A stretch of DNA of 64,000 bases, taken from assembly GCA_964016885.1 (NCBI GenBank), contig OZ024762.1, positions 13,082,001 to 13,146,000 of the forward strand, in the 5' to 3' direction. Positions 30,471 to 44,285 of the stretch are shown here, one piece after another; position 1 is the first letter of the stretch, and every line of letters begins with the position of its first letter. A program made the position numbers and the translations under genes. The notes below the pieces were generated by a model that did not search any database, was not told where the DNA came from, and saw only the letters and a list, made by a program, of their open reading frames with translations. The stretch comes from Eledone cirrhosa. Lineage: Eukaryota.

Positions 30471-30975
30471 TCACAGCAGACCTTCCAATACCTTTCACCA
30501 TGTTGGAAATAATAGAAATCTCGTTGAAAGGTGAAGATGGCGCTGGAGGTTAACTTAACGACCTAAAACAATGGTTGCTACACGACTGTTTAGAAAATCA
30601 AGGGAGACAGTGAAAAGATTAGGGTTTGGGGCCAACTAGAAAGAATGTCTACGGAGGGAGTTTTACGGATGATGGGCGGAGGCAAAAGGAAAAGGGAACA
30701 AGGGAGGTATTGAAAAAGGGAGAGAAAAGAAGGGATTTTTTAAGGGTTATTTTCGGAGGGTTTTTTCCGTTTTTTTTTTTTCTTTTGCTTGTAAAGTCGT
30801 TTGTAGGTTAAGTCGGCGACTCTCTCTCTCTCACATTTCCTGGCTCGCCATTGCTACCTGCTTCTGTGTTTATACAATGGGTTTTGTCTCGGGAACACAT
30901 CACATACACACATACCCACCTACCAACCCCCCACACACACAGACACACAGAGGTATGTATGTGCATGTATACATA

Positions 30976-31015
<40 letters not shown>

Positions 31016-31036
31016 TACATATATATGTATATTTCT

Positions 31037-31068
<32 letters not shown>

Positions 31069-31114
31069 TTATATACATACATGCACATATATCCATGCAT
31101 ATATATATATATGC

Positions 31115-31174
<60 letters not shown>

Positions 31175-31555
31175 GCGTATATATATATATATATATACGC
31201 ATACCCATATATATATATATTATAAACGCACACACTAATATATAGCTGAACACCTTTAGACATACGCCCAGTCACGGCACACACACACAAAATTGTGCAC
31301 AATACATCATACATATACTCAGACCAACATAAACACATATATACAAAACACACATACACACTCATATATTAGATATATACACATAAACACTGATATTAGC
31401 AGTGAAAAGCACATAACACTCTTATCTCTCTCTCTCCGTCTCTCTCTCTTTCTTTTTTCTGTCTCTCTCGGTACTGACACTACTTTCCCTCTCTCTATTG
31501 CAATTTCCTCTTCGTTATGTGTGTGTGTGTATGTGTGTGTTTGTGCGTGTAGGCA

Positions 31556-31966
31556 TGTGTGAGTATGTCCCAATCTGTGCATATGTGTGTATGTATGAGT
31601 ATGTGTGAGTATGTGCCAATCTGTGTGTGTATGTGTGAGTGTGTGCCAATCTGTGCACATGTGTGTGTGTGTGTGAGTGTGTGTGCCAATCTGTGCACAT
31701 GTGTGTGTGTGTGAGTGTGTGTGAGTGCCAATCTGTGCACATGTGTGTGTGTGTGTGTGTGCCAATCTGTGCACATGTGTGTGTGTGTGAGTGTGTGTGT
31801 GTGCCAATCTGTGCACATGTGTGTGTGAGTGTGTGTGCCAATCTGTGCACATGTGTGTGTGTGTGAGTGTGTGTGTGTGCCAATCTGTGCACATGTGTGT
31901 GTGTGAGTGTGTGTGCCAATCTGTGCACACGTGTGTGTGTGTGTGAGTGTGTGTGCCAATCTGTGC

Positions 31967-32006
<40 letters not shown>

Positions 32007-32956
32007 CAATCTGTGTCTCTCTGTATGTATGTGTGGATATGTGGCAATCTATACATGTGTGGATATGTGAGTATGTGTGGATGTGTGTGTGTGCCTATCT
32101 ATGCATGTGTGTGGATGTGTGTGCCAATCTGTGCATGTGTGTGTATGCATGTTGAGTGTATGCCTATCTGTGTGTCTATGTACGTATGTGTGCACCTATC
32201 TATGTATGTGTGTGTGTGTATCTATGTATGTATGTGTATGTGTGTGTGTATCTATATATGTATGTGTGTGTGTGTATCTATGTATGTATGTGTGTGTGTG
32301 TGTATCTATCTATTATGTGTGTGTGTATCTATCTGTATGTGTGTGTATGTGTGTGTGTATCTATCTGTATGTGTGTGTGTGTATGTGTATCTGTATCATT
32401 CTCTATGTGTGTGTGTACCTATCTGTGTATGTGTGTGTGTGTGTATATCTATCTGTATGTGTGTGTGTGGGTATCTATGTATGTGTGTGGGTATCTATCT
32501 GTATATATGTGTGTGTGTGTGTGTGTACCTATCTGTATATATGTGTGTGTGTACCTATCTATCTGTGTGTGTGTGTGTATGTATCTATATGTGTATATGT
32601 GTGTGTGTACCTATCTATCTGTGTGTATGTATCTATCTGTATATATGTGTGTGTATCTATATGTATGTATGTATCTATCTGTATATATGTGTGTGCGTGT
32701 TTATGTATCTATATGCTTATATGTGTGTGTGTGTGTGTACCTATCTGTAAATATGTGTGTGTGTGTACCTATCTATCTGTGTGTGTATGTATTTATATGT
32801 ATATATGTGTGTGTGTATCTATCTGTGTGTATGGATCTATCTGTATATATATATGTGTGTGTGTGTATGTATCTATATGCTTATGTATCTGTGTGTGTGT
32901 GTGTATGTATCTATATGCTTATGTGTGTGCGTGTGTGTGTGTATGTATCTATATGC

Positions 32957-32996
<40 letters not shown>

Positions 32997-33388
32997 ATCT
33001 ATATGCTTATGTGTCTGTGTGTATCTATATGCTTGTGTGTGTGTGTGTGCGTGTATGTATCTATATGCTTATGTGTGTGTGTATGTATCTATATGCTTAT
33101 GTGTGTGTGTGTGTGTGTGTATCTATATACTTGTGTGTGTGTGTGTGTGTATGTATCTATATGCTTATGTGTGTGTGTATGTATCTACATGCTTATGTGT
33201 GTGTGTGTGCGTGTGTGTATGTATCTATATGCTTATGTGTGTGTGTGTGTATGTATCTATATGCTTATGTGTGTGCGTGTGTGTATGTATCTATATGCTT
33301 GTGTGTGTGTGTGTGTGTATGTATCTATATGCTTATGTGTGTGCGTGTGTGTATGTATCTATATGCTTATGTGTGTGTGTGTGTGTGT
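31556..33388. repeat. Compound minisatellite: fixed motif plus variable (GT)n, with the motif drifting from tgccaatctgtgcacat to tatctatatgcttat
   Basis: About 13 tgccaatctgtg-type copies at 31568-32135, then progressively changed motifs. Confidence 0.9.
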
Positions 33389-34129
33389 AACTTTATTCCT
33401 CCATAAAGAGATGAGAAATAAAGAAAGACGAGAGTAAATCTTATAAACGGATTTTCTCCAGAAATCTGTCACGTTTGTTGTTGTTGTTGTTGTTGTTGTT
33501 GTTGCTGTTGTCATTATGCTGTTGACGACAACGACAACCACCACCACCACCCACACTATACTCACACAACCATGCACTACACACCACCACCACCACCACC
33601 ACCGCCACCACCATGTACTACACACCACCACCACCACCGCCATCACCATCTACTATACCACCACCCCACCACTATAGCCACCATCTACTACACACTCCCA
33701 CCACCGCCACCATCTACTACACACCACCGCCACTACCGCCACTCTACCATCACTACCACCAACACCAACACCACCACCACCACCACCACTACCGCCACCA
33801 CCATCACCACTACCATCACTACCACCACCACCACCACCACCACCATCCCACCAACCACTATTTGTCGTGCCGTGTACCACCAACGTTGGAATGGAAACCG
33901 TTAAGCCGTCACCGCCACCACCACCGTCATCCTAGCTTCTATCACGTGTGATGGACGTGTTTCCAGAGTAACGAAGGAAAGTGAAACGGTTACATGTCAC
34001 GGTCACGCCTGTCTTTGACAATTGATGTCACGTCAGGAACGCCAGGAACGGCACGGACGCCGAGATGTCGGTGACATCAAAAATCTAGTTCAGGGTTTTA
34101 CCAAACATATTGTCTTAGTAGGGAACACT

Positions 34130-34609
34130 TGGTGAGGGAGGGTGTTGGTGGGTGTTTTAGAGAGGTTGGGGTAACAGTGGTGAGGGAGGGTGTTGGTGGG
34201 TGTTTTAGAGAGGTTGGGGTAACAGTGGTGAGGGAGGGTGTTGGTGGGTGTTTTAGAGAGGGTGGGGTAACAGTGGTGAGAGAGGGTGTTGGAGGGTGTT
34301 TTAGAGAGGTTGGGGTAACAGTGGTGAGGGAGGGTGTTGGAGGGTGTTTTAGAGAGGTTGGGGTAACAGTGGTGAGGGAGGGTGTTGGTGGGTGTTTTAG
34401 AGAGGGTGGGGTAACAGTGGTGAGGGAGGGTGTTGGTGGGTGTTTTAGAGAGGGTGGGGTAACAGTGGTGAGGGAGGGTGTTGGAGGGTGTTTTAGAGAG
34501 GTTGGGGTAACAGTGGTGAGGGAGGGTGTTGGGGGGTGTTTTAGAGAGGGTGGGGTAACAGTGGTGAGGGAGGGTGTTGGAGGGTGTTTTAGAGAGGTTG
34601 GGGTAACAG
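34130..34609. repeat. 48-bp G-rich minisatellite x 10
   Basis: Unit tggtgagggagggtgttggtgggtgttttagagaggttggggtaacag. Confidence 0.95.
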
Positions 34610-36351
34610 CTAGTCTAGAGTGCTAAATACCTAGATACACGCTGTAGAGCAAGTCTAGAGTGCTAAATACATAGATACACGCTGTAGAGCAAGTCTAGAG
34701 TGCTAAATACATAGATACACACTGTAGAGCTAGTCTAGAGTGCTAAATACATAGATACACGCTGTAGAGCTAGTCTAGAGTGTTAAATACCTAGATACAC
34801 ACTGTAGAGCTAGTCTAGAGTGTTAAATACCTAGATAGACGCTGTAGAGCTAGTCTAGAGTGCTAAATACCTAGATACACGCTGTAGGGCTAGTCTAGAG
34901 TGCTAAATACCTAGATACACGCTGTAGGGCTAGTCTAGAGTGCTAAATACCTAGATACACGCTGTAGGGCTAGTCTAGAGTGCTAAATACCTAGATACAC
35001 GCTGTAGGGCTAGTCTAGAGTGCTAAATACCTAGATACACGCTGTAGGGCTAGTCTAGAGTGCTAAATACCTAGATACACGCTGTAGGGCTAGTCTAGAG
35101 TGCTAAATACCTAGATACACGCTGTAGGGCTAGTCTAGAGTGTTAAATACCTAGATACACGCTGTAGGGCTAGTCTAGAGTGCTAAATACCTAGATACAC
35201 GCTGTAGGGCTAGTCTAGAGTGCTAAATACCTAGATACACGCTGTAGGGCTAGTCTAGAGTGCTAAATACCTAGATACACGCTGTAGGGCTAGTCTAGAG
35301 TGCTAAATACCTAGATACACGCTGTAGGGCTAGTCTAGAGTGCTAAATACCTAGATACACGCTGTAGGGCTAGTCTAGAGTGCTAAATACCTAGATACAC
35401 GCTGTAGGGCTAGTCTAGAGTGCTAAATACCTAGATACACGCTGTAGGGCTAGTCTAGAGTGCTAAATACCTAGATACACGCTGTAGGGCTAGTCTAGAG
35501 TGCTAAATACCTAGATACACGCTGTAGGGCTAGTCTAGAGTGCTAAATACCTAGATACACGCTGTAGGGCTAGTCTAGAGTGCTAAATACCTAGATACAC
35601 GCTGTAGGGCTAGTCTAGAGTGCTAAATACCTAGATACACGCTGTAGGGCTAGTCTAGAGTGCTAAATACCTAGATACACGCTGTAGGGCTAGTCTAGAG
35701 TGCTAAATACCTAGATACACGCTGTAGGGCTAGTCTAGAGTGCTAAATACCTAGATACACGCTGTAGGGCTAGTCTAGAGTGCTAAATACCTAGATACAC
35801 GCTGTAGGGCTAGTCTAGAGTGCTAAATACCTAGATACACGCTGTAGGGCTAGTCTAGAGTGCTAAATACCTAGATACACGCTGTAGGGCTAGTCTAGAG
35901 TGCTAAATACCTAGATACACGCTGTAGGGCTAGTCTAGAGTGCTAAATACCTAGATACACGCTGTAGGGCTAGTCTAGAGTGCTAAATACCTAGATACAC
36001 GCTGTAGGGCTAGTCTAGAGTGCTAAATACCTAGATACACGCTGTAGGGCTAGTCTAGAGTGCTAAATACCTAGATACACGCTGTAGGGCTAGTCTAGAG
36101 TGCTAAATACCTAGATACACGCTGTAGGGCTAGTCTAGAGTGCTAAATACCTAGATACACGCTGTAGGGCTAGTCTAGAGTCCTAAATACCTAGATACAC
36201 GCTGTAGAGCTAGTCTAGAGTGCTAAATACCTAGATACATACTGTAGAGCTAGTCTAGAGTGCTAAATACCTAGATACACGCTGTAGAGCTAGTCTAGAG
36301 TGCTAAATACCTAGATACATACTGTAGAGCTAGTCTAGAGTCCTAAATACC
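34610..36351. repeat. 40-bp minisatellite x ~43.5
   Basis: Unit ctagtctagagtgctaaatacctagatacacgctgtaggg; the core is almost invariant and variants lie at both edges. Confidence 0.98.
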
Positions 36352-37365
36352 AAGACAATGTCTCCGCTTGAGACATTATTCAAACCTTTGATATTTCCGA
36401 TTCCAAGTCGGACAATTGTTTTATAGTTTATCTACATTATACATCTGTCTGTCTGTATGTCTGTTTCTACACTCCTTAGCTAACACCTCTCTTTCATTGT
36501 ATCTACTCCTGCCGCACCTCATCTCTCTCACTCCTCCCCCTCCTCTTCCTCCATTATTATCTCCCCTTTATTTGCTCCTTGCATTGTTGTTGCCGTCAAT
36601 GTTATTGTTATTGTTGTTGTTGTTATCGTCATCATAATAATTGATGTTGTTGTTCTTGTGGTAGTCGTTATTGTTGTTACTGTTGTTATTGTTGTTGTTG
36701 TTATTGGTATTGTTGTTGTTGTTGTTGTTGTTGTTGGTGTTGTTTTTGTTGTCATTGTTGTCGTTATTGTTGTTGTTATTGGTATTGTCATTGTTGTTAT
36801 GTTGTTGTTGTTCCGGTCTCACAACAATGTCAGACGACATTGATAGGGGGGGGGGAGGCACATATTTTTATTTTTATTTTATATATTTATTTATTTATTT
36901 ATTTATTTATTGTTATAAATTTCTGTTCAACAATAAATTCCAGGAGAAAATCATTAAAAAAACAAACAAAGAAACAACAACAACACACAACACACAACAC
37001 ACAACAACAACAACAACAACAACAACAATTAACAGGAAGCGTCTTATCATCAGTATAGCATATTGTTATTGTAGTAGAGATATAGAGGGGGTGGAGGTGG
37101 GGTGGTGTGTGGGGGGGGAGGGGGAAATATGAGTGGGGGAGGAGAGAGAGGAAGGAGGGAAGAAGGGGGAGAGGGAGAGAGAGAGAGGAAGGAGAGATAG
37201 AGATAGATAGAAATAGATAGATGGAGAGAGAGGGAGAGGGAGAGAGAGAGTGAGGGATTGAAGGAATGAGGGGGGGGGGGTGAGGGAGTGTGTGTTTGTT
37301 CTGAAAAACTAGTCAGATGGTTTTAAAGACTAAATAAAAGAACATTGTTTATAAGTTGTGAGTCT

Positions 37366-37772
37366 GTCATCTGAGTTTAGGAAGAGTCCACTGTAGATAT
37401 ATGGGGTGAGGAAGGTAGGTCATCTGAGTTTAGGAAGAGTCCACTGTAGATATATGGGGTGAGGAAGGTAGGTCATCTGAGTTTAGGAAGAGTCCACTGT
37501 AGATAATGGGGTGAGGAAGGTAGGTCATCTGAGTTTAGGAAGAGTCCACTGTAGATAATGGGGTGAGGAAGGTAGGTCATCTGAGTTTAGGAAGAGTCCA
37601 CTGTAGATAATGGGGTGAGGAAGGTAGGTCATCTGTATTTTAGGAAGAGTCCACTGTAGATATATGGGGTGAGGAAGGTAGGTCATCTGTATTTTAGGAA
37701 GAGTCCACTGTAGATATATGGGGTGAGGAAGGTAGGTCAGCTGTATTTTAGGAAGAGTCCATTGTAGATATA
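37366..37772. repeat. 52/53-bp minisatellite x ~7.6
   Basis: Unit gtcatctgagtttaggaagagtccactgtagatatatggggtgaggaaggtag. Confidence 0.95.
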
Positions 37773-37806
37773 TATACATATATACATATACATATATATA
37801 TATATT

Positions 37807-37860
<54 letters not shown>

Positions 37861-37934
37861 CATATATATATACATATATACATATATATACATATATATA
37901 TATACATACATATATATATATACATATATATATG

Positions 37935-38541
37935 TTGGCTGCCAACTCGTTTTCGAGTACGGCCACTACTTTATATCCATGTAGGAGAACCCCTACCAAT
38001 GCGCTGAACGAGTGTGACTTTTTAGTCCAGCCAGCGACTTGAAAACTCTGGTACAAACACTACACTTGTGACAATTATTGACACATAGTGCTGGGCCCAT
38101 GGTACCATGTGACGACAAGTGCAGAGAGATCTCCAGATACAAAGCAATGCCTGTGCCGTGAAGCTTTTATAGTGAGCAAAGGCACTGCACAAAGCCAGTC
38201 CCACTCTCTTAACCAAGATGATATTTACCAAAAAGAAGAACAAGTCAACATCATTGGATACCATCAGAGTTGCAGGTGTTATATCAGAGTTTTCCTTCTC
38301 CTAGAATTCTGCCTTGACAAAGGCTAAGGGGTCATCTCTCCCGGTGATTTTGGATGGCCATTGACTCTTAAGAGCTCCTTTGCCCTTTGACAGGTTTTGT
38401 TTTTAGTCCTGCAGGATGTCCAAAGTCACCCTCCTCACCAAGAAACCTTGGTGGGGTTGCCAGTTTAGTCGCCAACGACCCGACCATGAGACAGGTTGTA
38501 CTGGGATACATGTTACCAGTAGCACCAACTAGTGACCTGAC
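37935..38541 (-). mobile_element. Probable 5' UTR region of an RTE-clade LINE, inserted in (TA)n
   Basis: The minus strand has ggcgactaaactggcaacccc and ctaggagaaggaaaactctga (38284-38304), motifs I recall from RTE 5' UTRs. It is a higher-complexity block between TA tracts. Confidence 0.6.
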
Positions 38542-39139
38542 ATATATATATATACATATATATACATACATATACATATATATATACATATATATATACG
38601 TATATATATATATATACATATATATATATACATATATATACATATATTTATATACATATATTTATATATTTACATATATATATATATTTACATATATATA
38701 TATACATATATATATATACATACATATATATACATATATACATATATATATCCATATATATATATATACATACACATATATAATGCCAATCATTGTAAGT
38801 TTGAATCTAACTGACATGCAAAAACATATATATAGGAATAAGGTAAGCCTAAATCATAGTAGATACAAATATCACAGAGAGAGAGAGGGAGAGAGAGAGG
38901 GAGAGAAAGAGAGAGAGAGGGAGGGGGAGAGAGAGAGGGAGAGAAAGAGAGACAGAGAGAGGGAGAGAGAGAGAGGGAGAGAGAGAGAGAGAGAGAAATG
39001 AGGTGTAACAGAAATGAAATATGGATTACAGGTTAAAATATAATCTAGATAGATGTGAAACAAAACGAGGATGGAGTTTATGGAACACCCAAATGATTTA
39101 GAAGTTGACCTTAAGTAGGGACAATAACATTAAGAAAGA

Positions 39140-39466
39140 CATGAACAACACCACAGCACTTTGTTTTGAACATTTTGAAAGTAGGTTTATAAGTATGAAT
39201 TTTCATACGATTCTCGTAGTTGTCTCTGTGGCCCAATCCTGGTCAAGAGTAACCTTTTTTCAGTTTTTATTTTACAACCAATAGAAAAAACTGAAAAGGT
39301 TTACCAGGAACCCTACTCCCGACCAGGATCTAACATCAGACCAGGATCACCACCGTCTATGATTCCTCCAACTAGGCCACCGAGACAGCTACAAAAGCAT
39401 AATGAAAATTGATAATTATAAACCTACTTTCAAAATCAAAGTTAAAAAGATGTGGTGTCGTTCATG
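39140..39466. mobile_element. Palindromic MITE-like/fold-back element with ~93-bp inverted arms and an inner hairpin
   Basis: 39140-39233 pairs with 39375-39466, including the perfect 20-mer ttttgaaagtaggtttataa. Inner arms are cttttttcagttttt/aaaaaactgaaaag. Confidence 0.8.
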
Positions 39467-41082
39467 ACCTTCCTAGAACTATTAGTAATATTTAGGGTCG
39501 ACTTCTGGTCATTATTGAAAGTCTCTGGAATTCGCAAAATACATAATATTTTTTATTGGAGAAGGTAAGATATTTTGCCGCAAAAACTTTCTCTTTCTCT
39601 CTACTACCACCACCACCACCACCACCACCACCACCACCACTACTACTACTAACAAGAAGAACAACAGTAACTCTAAACATTAAATAAACAACGCATACGG
39701 TCTGTCTGTACTTATACAAACACTAACTCCCACCACCACCACCACCACCACCACCACCACTACAACTACTACCATCACCTCCATCACAACTCCCACCACC
39801 ACCACCACCATCACAACTACGACCACAAACAAACCAATCACTTACCATTACCAACATAACATACCCCTCAACACTATTATCACCATTGTAGAATACACAA
39901 ACGTTTGACCACCACCAGCACCATCAATATCTCTCACCGCCACCCCCACCCCCACCACCACAACCACTACTACCACCACCACTACTACCACCATCAATAT
40001 CTCTCACCGCCACCAACACCACCACCACCACAACCACTACTACCACCATCAATATCTCTCACCACCACCACAACCACTACTACCACCATCAATATCTCTC
40101 ACCGCCACCGCCACCACCACCACCACACCAACTACTACCACCATCAATATCTCTCACCACCACCACCACAACCACTACTACCACCATCAATATCTCCCAC
40201 CGCCAACACCACCACCACCACCACAACCACTACTACCACCGTCAATATCTCTCACCGCCACCACCACCACCACCACAACAACTACTACCACCACCACTAC
40301 TACCACCAGCACCATCAATATCTCTCACCGCCACCACCACCATTACACCCACCACCCCCACTACACCACCACCACCAACACCCACACTACCCCACCAACA
40401 ACCCCACTACACCACCACCACCACTACTAGACAATCACTACGACCACTACCACCGACACCAGACTTACCCAGCCCCTAAACCCTAATCAATTTGTGAAGG
40501 GCTCACTAACGAAGGAGCTCCTCAGCCATTAATTATGGTGATTACTACACACTTAATTGACCCTTAGTCAATTATGGCCCCTTTAAAACTAGACCCACAA
40601 ACTCCTCTCCCACATTCCCCTCCCTTCCTACATCTCTTCTGCCTTCACTTGCAAACCCCGTATTATACACACATACATGTATGTATGTGTGTATATATAT
40701 ATACATACACACACATTTTATATATATATATATATACATACACACACATTATATATATATATACATACACACACATTATATATATATATATACACACACA
40801 TTATATATATATATACACACATTATATATATATATATATATACACACATTATATATATATATATATATATACACATTATATATATATATACACATTATAT
40901 ATATATGCACACACATTATATATATATATATATACACATTATATATATATGCACACACATTATATATATATATATATATATACATTATATATATATGCAC
41001 ACACATTATATATATATATATATATATATACCTATATATACATATATATATACACACACACATTGTATATATATACATACAC

Positions 41083-41128
<46 letters not shown>

Positions 41129-41202
41129 TTATATATATATATATACACATTATATATATATATATATATATATACACATTATATATATATGCACACACAT
41201 TA

Positions 41203-41238
<36 letters not shown>

Positions 41239-41269
41239 GAGGGGGAAAACCGCTAATCTAATTGTCTGT

Positions 41270-41815
41270 CTCCCTACCTACCTCCCTCCCTCCCTACCTC
41301 CCTCCTTCATACATACCCACCTATCTACCTACCTCCCTCCCTCCCTCCTTCATACATACCCACCTATCTACCTACCTCCCTCCCTCCCTCCTTCATACAT
41401 ACCCACCTATCTACCTACCTCCCTCCCTACCTCCCTCCTTCATACATACCCACCTACCTACCTCCCTCCTTCATACATACCCACCTATCTACCTACCTCC
41501 CTCCCTACCTCCCTCCTTCATACATACCCACCTACCCACCTACCTCCTTCATACCTACCTACCTACCCACCTAGTACCCACCCACCTACCTACCCACCTT
41601 CCTCTCTCCCTCCTCCCTCAAAAACTCCCTACCCCCTACCTACCTCCCTACCTACCAAAACCCTACCCACCTCCTTCCCTACCCATCTACCTACCTACCT
41701 ACCCACCCCACCCCTTCCCTACCTACCTACCTACCTACCTAAACCCACCTCCCTACCCCACCCCTTCCCTACCTACCTACCTACCTACCTACCTACCTAC
41801 CTACCTACCTACCTA
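41270..41815. repeat. (CCTA/CCCT)n compound repeat
   Basis: Direct inspection. Confidence 0.85.
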
Positions 41816-41997
41816 TGCCCCTATTAGTCAGATGTGGTAACAAGTCCATAACTATATGTATTACACCAGTTTCCAATTCTTGCCACTTTAAAATAAACTA
41901 AAACCACAGCAACTTATTTCCTTCTTCAGACGTTCTAAATCTTCAGAGGATTTCTGAAGAAGTCGTATTTAGATTGGAGCTGAAACATGGCTGATCT

Positions 41998-42495
41998 ACA
42001 TACACATATTTACAGACACACCAACACTTTCATATAGCTATCAATACACACACACATACATATACACACACATATTTACAGACACACCAACACTTTCATA
42101 TAGCTATCAATACACACACACATAAACATATACACACACATATTTACAGACACACCAACACATTCATATAGCTATCAATATACACACACATACATATACA
42201 CACACATATTTACAGTCTCACACAAACACTTTCATATAGCTATGAATACACACACACATATACATATACACACACATATTTACAGACACACCAACACTTT
42301 CATATAGCTATGAATACACACACACATACATATACACACACATATTTACAGACACACCAACACTTTCATATAGCTATTAACACACACACACACACACACA
42401 CTCTCATATCTCTATTAATATAAACACATACATACACACACACACACACACACATATTTACAGACACAAACACTCTCATATGTCTATTAATATAA

Positions 42496-42531
<36 letters not shown>

Positions 42532-42725
42532 TTACAGACACAAACACTCTCATATCTCTATTAATATAAACACATATATACACACACACACACATATTTA
42601 CAGACACAAACACTTTCATATCTCTATCAATATAAACGCACATATATACACACATATATTTACAGGCACACATCAATATATACACATACTTACAGATACA
42701 CAAACACTTTCATATATCTATCAAG
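41998..42725. repeat. ~60-bp minisatellite (acatatttacagacacaccaacactttcatatagctatcaata(ca)n) x ~12
   Basis: Direct inspection; copies diverge towards the right end. Confidence 0.85.
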
Positions 42726-42823
42726 TCACACACACTCAAACATATATATATATATATATATATATTAATATATACACGTATTTATACAGACATACAAACA
42801 CACACATATTCATGTAACTATCA

Positions 42824-42931
<108 letters not shown>

Positions 42932-43023
42932 CTCCATCATATATACACATATATATCTATATCTGCATGGATATATGTGAGTGTTTATTCAAGAAAAAGG
43001 TGCGACAAAGAGAGAACGTATTG

Positions 43024-43082
<59 letters not shown>

Positions 43083-43115
43083 ATTATATATATATTATAT
43101 ATATATATTATATAT

Positions 43116-43162
<47 letters not shown>

Positions 43163-43181
43163 ATATATATATATTATATAT

Positions 43182-43255
<74 letters not shown>

Positions 43256-43436
43256 AAGGGGAGTGTTGCCTGATAATACTACTACAAGTTGTTCATGAAA
43301 GATTAAGTATGTGTGTGTATGTGTATGTATATGTATCTGCTTTTTTTGCATACACACACACATATAATACGCATATTATATACATACATATATATACAAA
43401 TATACATTATGCAAACACACACACACGCATAAATAA

Positions 43437-43482
<46 letters not shown>

Positions 43483-43548
43483 GTGTGTATATATATATAT
43501 ATGTATATATATATATGTGTGTATATATATATATATATATGTATATAC

Positions 43549-43836
43549 GCTTTCTAATTTGGTGCGATTTAGAAGGACAAAGGGAGATAATTGAGTGGTG
43601 GTCACGCGCTGAACACGAGGTCAGATTCGCAGAGACTGCAATGGCGGTGTAATGTGTGTGGAACAAGCGAGAAAATGGCGTCTCATGGTGACAATCTTAT
43701 ATGAAAAGTAGTTAATTGGAAAGAGAAAGTTGGGTAAAGCGACCTTGAGATTTACCGTGTATTAAATCTACAATATTCACGTATACTCGGGTATCTACAC
43801 AGATCCATTGCACGGAAACACATCAAACATACATAC

Positions 43837-43912
<76 letters not shown>

Positions 43913-43998
43913 TATATATTATATATATATAGCGATATAGTCACTTATATATTATGGAATACTTTTGGCTTCTAGCTACAATAATTTCTATACTTTTC

Positions 43999-44059
<61 letters not shown>

Positions 44060-44138
44060 TACATACATATATATATATATGTATATTTATTTATTCATAT
44101 ATATCTTTATGCTTTTAAATCGCATCAAATTAGAAAGC
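43549..44138. mobile_element. Non-autonomous DNA-transposon/MITE-like element with 27-bp terminal inverted repeats, in (TA)n
   Basis: gctttctaatttggtgcgatttagaag (43549-43575) pairs with cttttaaatcgcatcaaattagaaagc (44112-44138), 2 mismatches. Confidence 0.7.
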
Positions 44139-44285
44139 ATATATATATGTATAAATACATATACATATATATGTGTGTGTGTTTGTATACATACATACAC
44201 ACACGTATATATATATATATACGTGTATATATATAGTTGTAGGGTTTATATATATATATTTTTATATATATATACATACATATAG

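Noticed and set aside
31556-32014. CRISPR-like array of a constant 17-mer with variable spacers
   Set aside because: The spacers are just (GT)n length variants, the context is eukaryotic and there are no cas genes.
34129-34626. 165-aa ORF of VVREGVGGCFREVGVT repeats
   Set aside because: Consequence of a 48-bp minisatellite; no ATG start and no flanking coding context.
41924-41990. Imperfect palindrome containing CTGAAGA...GAAAC
   Set aside because: Stem II and stem III do not form; only a short AT-rich dyad.
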